Shown: positions 26,045 through 39,460, counted from the whole stretch's first letter. The stretch is DNA of 63,464 bases, filler included, from Octopus bimaculoides (GCF_001194135.2; 4 parts of 4 records of this genome joined end to end with filler, not necessarily neighbours in it), one strand, 5' to 3'. Notes: generated from the sequence alone by a model not told the origin. Translations and numbers: made by a program.

Positions 26045-26269
26045 ATGCTTGTTTTTATGTCAAGTTATAAAAACTCAATACATTTGTTAGCATGTTGGAA
26101 AAATGCTTAGTGACATTTTTGTCCATCTTTATGTTGACTTTGCCTTTCTTCCTTTTGGGGTCAGTAAAATAAGTACCAGTTAAGTTTTGGGGTCGATGTA
26201 ACCAACTTACACCCTCAGCCTGAACTTGCTGGCCGTGTGCCGAAATTTGAAATCATTATTGTCATTGTT

Positions 26270-26750
26270 TAGAAAGGGTAAAGAATCCCCTTTGGTCATG
26301 AATAACTGGGATTGCACCAAGAAATTTCCCCTGCAAGGCACAAGTCCAGGCAAAGTTGTTTGTGGAAGACCAGCGGTGTCCCCTCTCTACACCATTATAT
26401 ATACATTGGATAATGGGTGAAGACCCCCTTTGGTTATGAATGACCATGCGATTGCAATTAGAGAGTTCGCCTCTAAGGCACAGGTCCAGGCAAGGTTGTT
26501 TATAGAAGACCACCAGTCACCCATGTATGCCGGCCTCCCCTCTCCATACCACCGATGTTATCCCAGGGAAAGGCAAAGGGGCCAATACAGCTTGGCACCT
26601 GTGACGTTAAAACTCATTTCTACAGCTGAGTTAACTGGAACAACATGAAATAGAGTGTCTTGCTCAAGAACACAACACACAGCCTGGTGTGGGAATTGAA
26701 CTCACTACCTTATAATTGTGAGCCTGATGCTCTGACCACTGAGCCATGTA
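26270..26750 (-). mobile_element. SINE family E (partly duplicated)
   Basis: GGAAAGGCAAAGG...CAGCTGAGTGAACTGGA...CTGAGCCAT; related copies at 2550-2890, 33425-33720(+), 48130-48465. Confidence 0.75.
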
Positions 26751-27939
26751 CTTTGTTTGTTATTGTAAAGTTTATTGCTCATTGCTTAAGCAAACATGGA
26801 CTGTACTAATTTCTAGGCTACATAAAAAGAATGGAAAAATAAGACATGAAAGGGGAACAGCCCCTGATGATGGGGTGGGAACAGAGCTGGGGTCGGTGAG
26901 TTTGGGGCACAGTACAAACAACCAAGGAACCAGTATGTTCCAGCAACACCTCCTCCCCACATCAAACACACCTGCACACTTTCTTTGCCACCACCACCAT
27001 CACCACTACATGCGCTGCAGCCAACACCATCATTTTTACGAGGGTGTGGAGCGGGGAGGCATAATATAATTATTAAAAACACAAATGCTCTCAACTGCAC
27101 TGTGTACCTGCTGTGCCCCTAACACCACAAGGAATTAGTCCACAACTGGGAAAGGTGTGGTGGTGGTAGTGGTTATGCTGGAATGTTGTGGTAGTGATAG
27201 TGGTGGTGGTAGTCAGGGTATTAGTATTTGTGGTGGTGATAGTTGTGGTGATGGCAGTGGTAGTAGAGTGTTATAGTGATGGTGGTGTGGTTTTGATGTT
27301 GTAGTTATGATGATTGCGATGGTGGTGGTGTGTTGTNNNNNNNNNNNNNNNNNNNNNNNNNNNNNNNNNNNNNNNNNNNNNNNNNNNNNNNNNNNNNNNN
27401 NNNNNNNNNNNNNNNNNNNNNNNNNNNNNNNNNNNNNNNNNNNNNNNNNNNNNNNNNNNNNNNNNNNNNNNNNNNNNNNNNNNNNNNNNNNNNNNNNNNN
27501 NNNNNNNNNNNNNNNNNNNNNNNNNNNNNNNNNNNNNNNNNNNNNNNNNNNNNNNNNNNNNNNNNNNNNNNNNNNNNNNCAGTGGTGGTGGTGGTGGTGG
27601 CAGTGTCGGTAGTGGTGGTCATGGTGGTGGTGGTGGTGGCAGTGTCGGCAGTGGTGGTCATGGTGGTGGCAGTGGTAGTGTTTCAGTGTGGCCATATGAT
27701 GTACCATATTGATGATAGTGTTGTGGGGTATGATGGTGGTGGTGGTGGTGGTGTTGTGGGGGATGAATAGGGTGGTAGTGAGATGCAGTGCGTTACACTG
27801 GCTCCTCAATACTTTGTGGTGGTGGCCATGGAGCAAGTGCAAGGGAGGACTCCTCCTTTAATAAACTAAGACAGCTATAGTACTACCACCACCACCACCA
27901 GCACAGCTACAACTACCACCACTGGCCTGGCCCTCTGTC

Positions 27940-28815
27940 AGGTACGGCAACAAGGGTTCCAGTCAATCCAATTAACAGAACAACCAGCTTATAAAATTAA
28001 TGTGCGAGTGGCTGAGTACTCCTCAAACATGCATACCCTTAACATAGTTCTCTGGAAGATTCAACATGACACAGAATGTGACAAGACTGGCCCTTTGAAA
28101 GACAACCCATTTTTGCCAGGGGCATGGACTGGAGCAACAGAAAATGAAGGGTCTCGCTCAAGAATACTGGGACTCTGTCGGTCAAGATGGCGAGGGTTTC
28201 ATTTGCTCTGATCAACGGAACAGCCTGTTCATGAAATTAATGTGAAAGTGGCTGAGCACTCCTCAGACGTACATAACCTTAACAAAGTTTTCAGGGAGAT
28301 TTAGCATGAAAGAATATGATAAGGCTGGCCCTTAGAAATACAGGTAGTATTCATTTTTGCCAGCTGAGTGGACTGGAACAACATGAAATAAAGTGTCTTG
28401 CTCAAGGACACAATTCTCTGCCAGGAATTGAACTCATGACGTAATGATTATGAGCTGAATACCTTAACCACTAAGCCATGCACGGTCACTAAAAAACTGG
28501 TGCCCCATTGGTTACAATGGTGAGGGTTCCAGTTGATCCAATCAACAGAACAACCATCTCATAAGATTAACATGCTAGTGGCTGAGTACTCCACAGACAT
28601 GCGTACCCTTGAAGGAAGTAGTTCTCAAGGGAGATTCAGTGTGACACAGAGTGTTACAAGGCTGGCCCCTTTTGAATTACAGGTACAACTCATTTTTGCC
28701 AGCTGAGTGGACTAGAACAATGTGAAATAAAGGGACATCATGTGCCACTGTGCCACTAGGAATTGAACTCTTGATCTTATGCTCATGAGCCAAATACCCC
28801 TAACCACTGAGCCAT
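27940..28815 (-). mobile_element. Three tandem copies of SINE family D
   Basis: Repeated GTGGCTGAGTACTCC...AAGGCTGGCCC...CAGCTGAGTGGACTGGA...AATTGAACTC units; related copies at 15170-15445(+), 22880-23120(-), 49700-49865(+). Confidence 0.75.
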
Positions 28816-29299
28816 GCACCTTGGAGACATTGTGGGCCAAGGGAGATGGATGAAGGTGTGATATGTCCAAAGTGTGTGACCCCAACCACTTAACACCAAT
28901 GGAACTGCCTCAGAGAGCCACTGCTAGAAACTGTAGCCAAATCTCCCTCAAATAAGATCAACCACTGCTGTCTTAGTAAAGGACATGTTTGATAATGGTG
29001 TTTTTTCTGGGTTTCATATATGGAGGAGTAAGAGGGGATGGTCACAGCCAGGATTGCTTTGATCAGAGGTCTGCTGGGTCAGGACTGACCTGGGTTTAGC
29101 AACAAGAACTAGAACAACTAATGGTAACTACTATACTATACATTAGATATTGTAGTCCTAGATACACTATGTCTAAATAACAGATGGATGGTCACAGGTG
29201 GAACGTCTTTGATCGTAGATCTATAACCCTGGGCCGACCAGAGCCTTGTGAGTGTATTTGGTAAACAGAAACTTAAAGAAGCCTGTTATATGTACTCTC

Positions 29300-29700
29300 T
29301 CTTTTACTCTTTTACTTGTTTCAGTCATTTGACTGTGGCCATGCTGGAGCACCACCTTTAGTTGAGCAAATCGACCCTAGGACTTATTCTTTGTAAGCCT
29401 AGTACTTATTCTATTGGTCTCTTTTGCTGAACCGCTAAGTTACGAGGACGTAAACACACCAGCATCAGTTGTCAAGCAATGTTGGGGGGACGAACACAGA
29501 TACACAAGCATACACACACACACATATATACAACAGGCTTCTTTCAGTTTCCGTCTACCAAATCCACTCACAAGGCTTTGGTCGGCCCGAGGCTATAGTA
29601 GAAGACACTTGCCCAAGGTGCCATGCAGTGGAAATGAACCCGGAATCATGTGGTTGGTAAGCAAGCTACTTACCACAAGGCCGCTCCTGTGCCTATGTGT
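29300..29700 (-). mobile_element. SINE family A copy
   Basis: Same consensus, reverse orientation. Confidence 0.85.
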
Positions 29701-29904
29701 GTGTGTTTTTCTCCTCTCTCTCTCTTTCACTCCCGACCCACCATCCGTCAGAACCATCAAACCATCCACCTCACCACCACCCTCGCCATCAAGCCTCTTT
29801 TGTTCCCTCAACTCAATTTTAATTATGACAAACCAGCCCATTTAATCACTGGGGTATTAGCGAGGGGCTGAGGTGAGTCATCATTTTGTCCATATAGTTG
29901 TTAT

Positions 29905-30712
29905 TGTCATTCTTTAACCCCAGGTCAGTCTTCAATCAGCAGGACTACGATCAAAGACATTCCAGCTGTGACCATTCCATTTTTTATTCTGGCTTAGTGT
30001 ATCTAGGACTACTCTATCTAATGTTTAGTGTAGGGGTTATAGTTGTTTTTGTTATGCCCTGAGTCATTCCCGACCTAGCAGACCTGTGATCAAAGACGTT
30101 CCATTTGTGACCATCCCATCTTTTATTCTGCCATAATGTATCTAGGACTACATTATCTTATGTACAATATAGTTGTAAATATTAGCGGTGATACTTCGTA
30201 GTTGTTTAGCCCCAGGTCAGCTGAGATCCAACAGACCTATGATCAAAGGTGCTCCAGTTGTGACCATCCCAACTTTTATTCAGGTATAGTGTATCTAAGA
30301 CTACACTATCTAATGCATAGTATAGTAGTTAGTAATAATGTCTATAATTTTTATTGTTTAACCCTAGGTCTATCGAGGACCTGTGATCAAAGTTGTTCCT
30401 GCTGTGACCATTGTGTATCTAGGAATACATAATCTAATGTACAGTATAGTAGTTAATATTCATAACTGTTGTAGTTGTTTAGCCCTAGGTCAGTCCTGAT
30501 CCAACAGATCTATGATCAAAGATGCTCCTGCTATGCCCATCCCATCTGTTAGTAATAGTGTATCTAGGACTACACTATCCAATGTATAGTATAATAGTTA
30601 GAATTAGTGTCTATAGGTGTTGTTGTTGTTTAGCCCCAGGTCAGTCCTTATCCAGTAGAGCTGTGACCATCCCGTCTTTTCTTCTGGCCTAGCGTATCTT
30701 GGACTGCATTAT
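29905..30712 (+). repeat. ~145-bp tandem repeat, same family (5-6 units)
   Basis: Same unit as 13220-14165; inverted single units at ~20330-20545 and ~29000-29220. Confidence 0.85.
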
Positions 30713-31264
30713 CTATACACACATATATATATACATCATGGCTGTCAAGTGGTAAACATGTATGACCATGGTTGACAAAGCAATACCCGTGTAAAGCTTT
30801 AGATCCAATAAGGGCTTGCACAACATCTCATTGACCCCCTCTACCCTATTGACCTGGTCAAGATATCCAATGCCAGTATGGATCGGAGGCTCAGGAATGT
30901 AGGAGCAGCATGACCTCAAGTATAATCGACAGATCCCCAAGATGTTCAATACATATCCTGTTCTATATCAAAGTGACCTTCTCTTAAAGAAATGCTTTAA
31001 CAAAAGCTAAGCGGTGCCTCAGTCCCTCTGATCTTCCAACGTAGCAGACACCAACCTGGGATTTCGTTGGGCCCATGCTATCGTTGGATAGTCATTGAAA
31101 CTATACTGGGTTTATCCATCTTTTTAACAAATGAACTCACTATGTGTGTGTGTGTGTGTGTGTTTATACTGTACTCATGATCGCTAAATCATCTCCATCA
31201 TTTAATGTCTGTTTTCCACACTAGCATGGGTTGGACAGCGTGACAGAAGCTGGCAAATCTAGAG

Positions 31265-31304
<40 letters not shown>

Positions 31305-31472
31305 TCATCATCGGACTGAACCCGGGACCATGTGGTTGGTAAGCAAGCTACTTACCACACAGCCACTCCTACTACTAATAATAACAACAACAACAACCCT
31401 TTTTACTAAAGGTACAAGACTTGAGATGNNNNNNNNNNNNNNNNNNNNNNNNNNNNNNNNNNNNNNNNNNNN

Positions 31473-31484
31473 TTAATTAATTAA
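31473..31484. other. Artificial scaffold spacer TTAATTAATTAA
   Basis: Flanked by 44 N on each side (100 bp total); stops in all six frames. Confidence 0.95.
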
Positions 31485-32113
31485 NNNNNNNNNNNNNNNN
31501 NNNNNNNNNNNNNNNNNNNNNNNNNNNNCTGGTATCGATCTTATCGCCCCCCTTATGGATAAAACGCAAAATCAACCTCAGCGGAATTTGAACTCAGAAC
31601 GTAAAGACGAACGAAAAGCCGTTAAGAATTTTGCCCTGCGTGCGAACGTTTCTCCCAGCTCGCCGCCTTACGCTTGAAAAAAGGGTTATAAAATATATAA
31701 CTACCAGTGTCAATCTCTTTGACTGAACCCTTCAAAGTGGTGCCCCAGAATGGCCGTAGTGCAAGGACTGAAACAAGTAAAAGATAAAATAAAAGATATG
31801 AAAACCGCAGTGGTTTTCAGACACAAAGGGAATACAACGAAATTGCATATATAAACCACGTAATGTGACGTATCGGACCATCTGCTACCATGGTTGAGAT
31901 CTTTGATAAAACCAATCAAATCCTGCTTAACTAGAGCAGGGCACATGACGTAACTTCGTCGGGAGATTTTCCAAGGTAATACGTAACTATTTTGTTATAA
32001 CTGCTGTTATGTAGTTGTAGGTTTTTGTATTGGGTTCTTCTTTCATTTCGAAGGGGTCTGGATTTTGTCGAACTCGGTTTTTAGTAACCATCTTCACCAC
32101 CACCCTAAACTGG

Positions 32114-32151
32114 TAGTACTGACGAAAAAGGCAATGAAACAGTTGTACTGG
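32114..32151 (+). ncRNA. Hammerhead relic
   Basis: TAGTA-CTGACGA-aaaaggcaat-GAAAC-AGTTG-TACTG directly before (TA)n; stem II is unpaired and the cleavage triplet is not canonical. Confidence 0.35.
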
Positions 32152-32620
32152 ATTATATATATATATATNNNNNNNNNNNNNNNNNNNNNNNNNNNNNNNN
32201 NNNNNNNNNNNNNNNNNNNNNNNNNNNNNNNNNNNNNNNNNNNNNNNNNNNNNNNNNNNNNNNNNNNNNNNNNNNNNNNNNNNNNNNNNNNNNNNNNNNN
32301 NNNNNNNNNNNNNNNNNNNNNNNNNNNNNNNNNNNNNNNNNNNNNNNNNNNNNNNNNNNNNNNNNNNNNNNNNNNNNNNNNNNNNNNNNNNNNNNNNNNN
32401 NNNNNNNNNNNNNNNNNNNNNNNNNNNNNNNNNNNNNNNNNNNNNNNNNNNNNNNNNNNNNNNNNNNNNNNNNNNNNNNNNNNNNNNNNNNNNNNNNNNN
32501 NNNNNNNNNNNNNNNNNNNNNNNNNNNNNNNNNNNNNNNNNNNNNNNNNNNNNNNNNNNNNNNNNNNNNNNNNNNNNNNNNNNNNNNNNNNNTATATATA
32601 TATATATATATGGATGGATG

Positions 32621-32675
<55 letters not shown>

Positions 32676-33039
32676 GCTTTTATTAAAGTTGCAAAATTGT
32701 CACAAGATTGTTACTCTGAGTTTCACGTGAAAGTCTGAGTAACAGTCATGTGATAATTTTGTAGCTTTAATAAAATTATATCACTCTAACTTTGATATTC
32801 GAGTACTATTTTCTCCACCTTGTTTTGCACTTATGTGCTCTCCATTACACACACACATACGTATGTATCTATGTATGTATGTATGTATGTATATATGTAT
32901 GTATTGTTTACGTCATAAACATTTAGAAACTTCGGGAGGAACGGAATGAATCGTCTTAAAACGATGGATCTCGAAGAGGAGAAATCTATAAATAAAAAAA
33001 AGTGTAGATACAATCATTGGAAAAAAAAATAGGTGTTTC

Positions 33040-33420
33040 AGAAAGGATGGAAATCGGGGAAGCCTTGAAGAGATTGGTCCCTAGGACCCAAGTGTGTTCC
33101 GCATGACCACGGACCAGTCTTCCCCACGCTTCCCTGCCCTCCGCCATCTCCGCAAGACAGTTGTATTTTCGAGATTTGTGTCCCCCAACAACTGCTGTTT
33201 GACCGGTTCTGCCTCTCCAATTTTTTACCATGATCTGGTTCTCATAGTAAAAGATGACATACAACATCATCCTTTCTTCTGCAACACTATCCCACAGACT
33301 GATACCTACTTTCTTTGATGGTTTCTTTTAATAATGGTATACTTCCATCTAATACAATGTGTGGCGTATGTTGCTGCCAAGAAACACCATCTTCACACCA
33401 TCCTTAATATCTTGATATAT
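33040..33420 (-). mobile_element. Possible RTE LINE 3' remnant
   Basis: Minus-strand LAEMAEGREAWGRLV resembles the MAEDR..W..LV terminal motif. Confidence 0.35.
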
Positions 33421-33719
33421 GTTCCGTTTAGTTTAGAGCGGGCTGTGTGTGGTGTTCTTGAGCAAGGCACTTTATTTCACGTTGCTCCAGTTCACTCAGC
33501 TGTAGGAATGAGTTGCGATATCATTGGTACCAAGGTGTATCAGCCTTTGCCTTTCCCTTGGATAACATCGGTGGTGTGGAGAGGGGAGGCTGGTATCGAT
33601 GGGCGACTGCTGGTCTTCCATAAACAACCTTGCCCGGACTTGTGCCTTGGAAAGAACTTACTAGATGCAATCCTATGGTCATTCATTTCTGAAGGGGGTC
33701 ATATTACTTTTGTAAGTGA

Positions 33720-34190
33720 CCAGCGTGCACGTCCATATATCAATATGTTTTTCACAACTGCTCTAAAATACTGTATTCTGAAATCCTTATATGGATCGCG
33801 AACACAATCGGCCGAAATGGGTTTACTCTGAATGTTCTCTGGAATAACGCTACGCGATAGGGTACCTAGCTCGGAGATCAGGGAGTCTATCCTGGTCGTG
33901 CCGCTATTGTGTCACATTGAGAGGTCACTCACAGCTCTGGTACTACGGACATGTAATGAAAATGTCACAGGCAAGAATCGCATGATAAATTCTTGAAGCC
34001 GAGCGAACTAGCAGAAGACCTAAAGGTAACCCAAGAACGAAATGATGGCATAATATCCATAGTTTCAGTTGGTCAGCCTTGGGAATCCAGCCGGTAGGAC
34101 TAATGATGGTTGCTTCCCATAGGATGCATTTGAGGAAGTGCCTGAGGACTCTGTCTCCAACACCATATTGCGCGCAGTGGTACTAAACAC
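33720..34190 (+). mobile_element. RTE (Rex3/Expander-like) LINE 3' fragment
   Basis: SRTQSAEMGLL, GITLRDRVPSSEIRE, YGHVMKM, RRPKGNPRTK follow the Rex3/Expander C-terminal pattern. Confidence 0.75.
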
Positions 34191-34832
34191 GAAGCCGTAG
34201 CAATTCAATTCTTACTTCACTGTCTCTTTTTGAGCTTTCTCTCCAAGGACAGACAAAGTGATTAAGTCGATTACATCGACCCCAATGCATAACTGGTACT
34301 TAATCTATCGACCTCGATAGGATGAAAGCAAAGTAGACAGCGGAATTTGAACTCAGAACGTAANNNNNNNNNNAAGCAAAGTAGACAGCGGAATTTGAAC
34401 TCAGAACGTAAAGACAGACGAAATACTGCTAAGCATTTCGTCCGGCGTGCTAACGTTTCTGCCAAGCTCGCCGCCTTAGCTTCTGTATAGTCTACAACTG
34501 ATAAGACAGCTTTTAGGTTCTGATCTTTGATAGGTTCGGTAAATCTTCCTATTTGTAAGAATTATGTGATAATGTTGATCTTCCTGAATGGAAATCATTT
34601 TGGTTGATTCTCAGTAATGGTTCTACATCGGTTCTATATGGAAGCATATTCTTAAAAGCAATATTTCGTGGTAGATTTTTCTTAGATGCAGTAACTGATG
34701 CCTCTGTATTGCCTAAAATACGTGTGTGTATATGTGTCTGGATGTATGTGTATGTGTTGTGCGTGCATGTGTATGCATATATATGTGGGTGTTTGTATGT
34801 GTGTGTATAAGTGTCTGCGTATGTATATGCAT

Positions 34833-34866
<34 letters not shown>

Positions 34867-34923
34867 NNNNNNNNNNNNNNNNNNNNNNNNNNNNNNNNNN
34901 NNNNNNNNNNNNNNNNNNNNNNN

Positions 34924-35001
<78 letters not shown>

Positions 35002-35277
35002 CACACAAATGTACAATATGAATACATACACACACACATATATACATATATGTATGTATCTATATACATACATACATATACATACATATACATACTCATA
35101 TACATAGATATACATACACATATATATATAATATATATACAAATATATATACTTATATATGTGTGTGTATGTATGTATGTGTGTATATACACACACACAT
35201 ATACATATATATGTATGTATGTGTGCATGTATGTATGTATGTATATACACACATATATATGCACATATATGTATATA

Positions 35278-35322
<45 letters not shown>

Positions 35323-35852
35323 NNNNNNNNNNNNNNNNNNNNNNNNNNNNNNNNNNNNNNNNNNNNNNNNNNNNNNNNNNNNNNNNNNNNNNNNNNNNNN
35401 NNNNNNNNNNNNNNNNNNNNNNNNNNNNNNNNNNNNNNNNNNNNNNNNNNNNNNNNNNNNNNNNNNNNNNNNNNNNNNNNNNNNNNNNNNNNNNNNNNNN
35501 NNNNNNNNNNNNNNNNNNNNNNNNNNNNNNNNNNNNNNNNNNNNNNNNNNNNNNNNNNNNNNNNNNNNNNNNNNNNNNNNNNNNNNNNNNNNNNNNNNNN
35601 NNNNNNNNNNNNNNNNNNNNNNNNNNNNNNNNNNNNNNNNNNNNNNNNNNNNNNNNNNNNNNNNNNNNNNNNNNNNNNNNNNNNNNNNNNNNNNNNNNNN
35701 NNNNNNNNNNNNNNNNNNNNNNNNNNNNNNNNNNNNNNNNNNNNNNNNNNNNNNNNNNNNNNNNNNNNNNNNNNNNNNNNNNNNNNNNNNNNNNNNNNNN
35801 NNNNNNNNNNNNNNNNNNNNNNNNNNNNNNNNNNNNNNNNNNNNNNNNNNNN

Positions 35853-35921
<69 letters not shown>

Positions 35922-36065
35922 TTCTATCTATCTATCTTGCTGAAATAAACTATATGATTATTTGGATATTAATAAGTTGTTTCAGGTCACTAAGCGCTTA
36001 AGTCAGTATAAGGATTATATATACATATACATATACAAATATATCTGTGTGCGTGTGTATAGATA

Positions 36066-36690
36066 CTAGCAGGCATACCCGGCGTTGCTCAGGTTTTAAA
36101 TGGCCTAGTTTGTATATAGGGTACAGTTAAGTAGAAATATGTGATACGGGGAAGTGCAGCATTGACGACAAAATATTTGTGGAGTAAATTCGACTAAGTG
36201 ACATGTCATCCATCTGTCTGGAAGATTCTAGGACCTAACCTTGTCATGAAAAAGTTAATGGTGGGTATGTGATTTTTGAACGCATCAAAACGCTCTCAGT
36301 GGATATACTCTCTTTGCGGCTGTCGGCATTGCCGCTACCACGCTGAACAATCAACTGACATAGGAACTACATCTATGTGGTAAATTAAGCCTATAGGTGC
36401 GCTCAACAGCACCACATGAGAGAAATCTACATGAAAGAAATAACGTGGTAAGTGGAGGGGGATTGTAAAGGAAGTGCTTGAAAGCAATACTGTCATGCAA
36501 TATTTCGGTTTGGAATCTATAGTCGTGGCTCAACCATGCACTCCTTCGCGTAAACAGCGTGCGACCATTGTGAGGGCAACTCAGCTCCCAAACGAAAACA
36601 ATTCTGCATGCAACGTCCGGGCACGCAAGGTCACATTAAGGACAAGTTCTCTAACAAACGTGGTTGGGTCTTAGAGAGAGAGAGAGAGAG
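36066..36690 (+). mobile_element. Putative Helitron-like non-autonomous element
   Basis: Starts ACTAGCAGGCATACCCGGCGTTGCTC within a TA context; a similar start occurs at ~22350 (ACTAGCAGGATACCCGGTGCTGCTT). 3' end not confirmed. Confidence 0.35.
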
Positions 36691-37626
36691 AGATTCTGTG
36701 AGTGTGTGTGTGTGCGCGCGCGTGTGTGTGAAAAAATTCTCAAATCAAAGTTCAAGGAGGCCCAGATTCTGCAGAGTACTCGACACAAAGTTAAAGATAA
36801 ATGTAGAGCGAATAGATATTTTTTTTTTGTTTTTTACAGATATAAGTTTTAAAAAAGAAACAGATTCCACTAATTGAGTAGCTCTTTCTGAAGCTATTTT
36901 TCTTTGTTCAAATCTGTAGCCGCAGTCAAAGTATTTCAGAATATTTCTTTACGATTCCAACGTTTTAAAACATATTTGATTCATAACATCTCCCCTCCAT
37001 ATATGACGTCTAAATGTTAGATATCACTCACACAGTCATTCATTTTGAAACCCATTGAAAAGGAATGACGATATCTCGTTATGTTCAGCATATGTGTTGC
37101 TTCTGAAGTATAAAGATATCTAGCATACGTAACGGAAGATTTTTGCAAAGGCCAGATTTTGTTATGTTTATAAAAGAATTTGTAATTTATGTACGACCGA
37201 AGGACTTGAGATCCCTTTTTGCTAAGGATTCAATCTTGAATAGGAATTATGAATTAATTTTAACATGTAAGCATAGGATTTACAAGACATATTTACGTTA
37301 CAGTCCGAATGTATAACCAGATGACTCATAAATTTTCCATTTTTGCATTTAAAACTTCTATGTATTGATGATCCCGTATACCGTGTTGTTACTATATATA
37401 TAGAAGTGTGTGTCATTATGCACTAGTATGAAAATACTAATATATGCTTCTATTTGCGTGGTTGCTTGAACTTACATATATACGTATGCATTTACGTATG
37501 TATATATGCAAGCGCTTACAATTGGGCATACATATAAAATGTATGTGTGAGTTTACGTGACTATATGAATATAAAATGTGTGTGTGAGTTTATGTGACTA
37601 TATCAATATGCATATATGTGCATCTA

Positions 37627-37745
37627 CAGGGTGTCCACAAAGTCTGGGTACATGGAGTAAATAAAAATCATGATAATTAAATAAAATTGTTTTGTTTTAA
37701 AAGTATGTGTTATTCCCCATGTACCCAGAATTTGTGGACACCCTG
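37627..37745. mobile_element. Tc1/mariner-type MITE
   Basis: 29-bp TIRs CAGGGTGTCCACAAA(G/T)TCTGGGTACATGG with TA on both sides. Confidence 0.85.
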
Positions 37746-38569
37746 TATATATACTAGCGTTAATGTAGAAACGGGCGAAAGAATGCATTGATATTTATAT
37801 ACATTTTATATGTATGCCCAATTGTTAGCGCTTGCATATATACATATATAAATACATGCATATACATACATACATATATATANNNNNNNNNNNNNNNNNN
37901 NNNNNNNNNNNNNNNNNNNNNNNNNNNNNNNNNNNNNNNNNNNNNNNNNNNNNNNNNNNNNNNNNNNNNNNNNNNNNNNNNNNNNNNNNNNNNNNNNNNN
38001 NNNNNNNNNNNNNNNNNNNNNNNNNNNNNNNNNNNNNNNNNNNNNNNNNNNNNNNNNNNNNNNNNNNNNNNNNNNNNNNNNNNNNNNNNNNNNNNNNNNN
38101 NNNNNNNNNNNNNNNNNNNNNNNNNNNNNNNNNNNNNNNNNNNNNNNNNNNNNNNNNNNNNNNNNNNNNNNNNNNNNNNNNNNNNNNNNNNNNNNNNNNN
38201 NNNNNNNNNNNNNNNNNNNNNNNNNNNNNNNNNNNNNNNNNNNNNNNNNNNNNNNNNNNNNNNNNNNNNNNNNNNNNNNNNNNNNNNNNNNNNNNNNNNN
38301 NNNNNNNNNNNNNNNNNNNNNNNNNNNNNNNNNNNNNNNNNNNNNNNNNNNNNNNNNNNNNNNNNNNNNNNNNNNNNNNNNNNNNNNNNNNNNNNNNNNN
38401 NNNNNNNNNNNNNNNNNNNNNNNNNNNNNNNNNNNNNNNNNNNNNNNNNNNNNNNNNNNNNNNNNNNNNNNNNNNNNNNNNNNNNNNNNNNNNNNNNNNN
38501 NNNNNNNNNNNNNNNNNNNNNNNNNNNNNNNNNNNNNNNNNNNNNTATATATATATGAGTATTTAGCGC

Positions 38570-39460
38570 CTAAGGCGCTGATCTGGATTACGCGTTACTT
38601 TGAGTAGTACGTTGTTGGTATACTCTAGGGTGTCCGACAAGTCGTAAATTCCCTTGGTGCATTATAATCAAATGAATAATAACAAACGATGGATATATTA
38701 ATGTTTGTTTTTTTAATGTTCAGTTATTATAAAGATAATTTTAAATTAATTTGATGGGTTACTCTATATTTTTGTAGTGTACAAATTTATCATTCTGATA
38801 CAAAAATATTGCTGACAGTAACTTCGAAGTTTCGGCCAGCTAAGCCATCTGCAGACTACAATGCATTAGAGTTAGTCTTGACTCTACATAGTGTTTGTAG
38901 AGTTAAACTCTTCCTTGGATGTGTGTGTTTGAGTGGGATGGTAAAATAATTTTTTGTGGTTGGTTATTATGGAAAGGTGTTTTGGAAAATTTTTAATTGG
39001 TTAATAAACATTAGCCCCAACTGTTTTAAACCTTCTTTGTAGATCCTCTCTTTGCTTATCCTCTTTTCGCGAAGGGAATAGAGAAGAGAGGGTTTTTTCT
39101 TTCTCTTCTCTTGTATATTAGAATCTACATTTCTCTGAAATTGTTTCGTCTACCAATGCATTATTTTTTGAGGGAGCATTTACACGAGTATTTACTGTTT
39201 TAAACTTTCTTTGTAAATCCTGTCTTTCATACCCGCTTTTCAAAAAAGGGGTAGAGAAGAGGCGATTATCTTTGTTGTACTAGAGTCAACTAAAATAGGT
39301 TAGCAGCGGCAATCCCTGGCACTGGTGGTGCCTGTTTCACACCAGTACAACTAGTAGAGATTTGATTGGTGGACATTGATGACGTCATCACCAATGGTCC
39401 TACTATCAGTGAACTTTTTTTTCTTCTCTTTCTTAAATTCTAAACCCGTTTTAATAAATA
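38570..39460 (-). mobile_element. Penelope-like non-autonomous retroelement fragment
   Basis: Adjoins (TA)n and carries the HHR at 38814-38860. Minus-strand remnant YPFLKSGYERQDLQRKFKTV resembles the RT C-terminal/linker region of Penelope-like elements and is internally duplicated at about 175 bp spacing. Homologous to 19120-19280. Confidence 0.5.
38814..38860 (-). ncRNA. Hammerhead ribozyme with one core substitution
   Basis: Minus strand UGUAGU-CUGCAGA-U-GGC-uuagcug-GCC-GAA-ACUUCGAAGU-U^ACUGUC; CUGAAGA changed to CUGCAGA; palindromic stem III. Confidence 0.65.

Noticed and set aside
26863-26890. CTGATGA motif
   Set aside because: No GAAA half or supporting stems.
34549-34720. Minus-strand peptide KNMLPYRTDVEPLLRINQNDF and a CTGATG motif
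   Set aside because: No recognisable family, no clear splice sites and no complete HHR.
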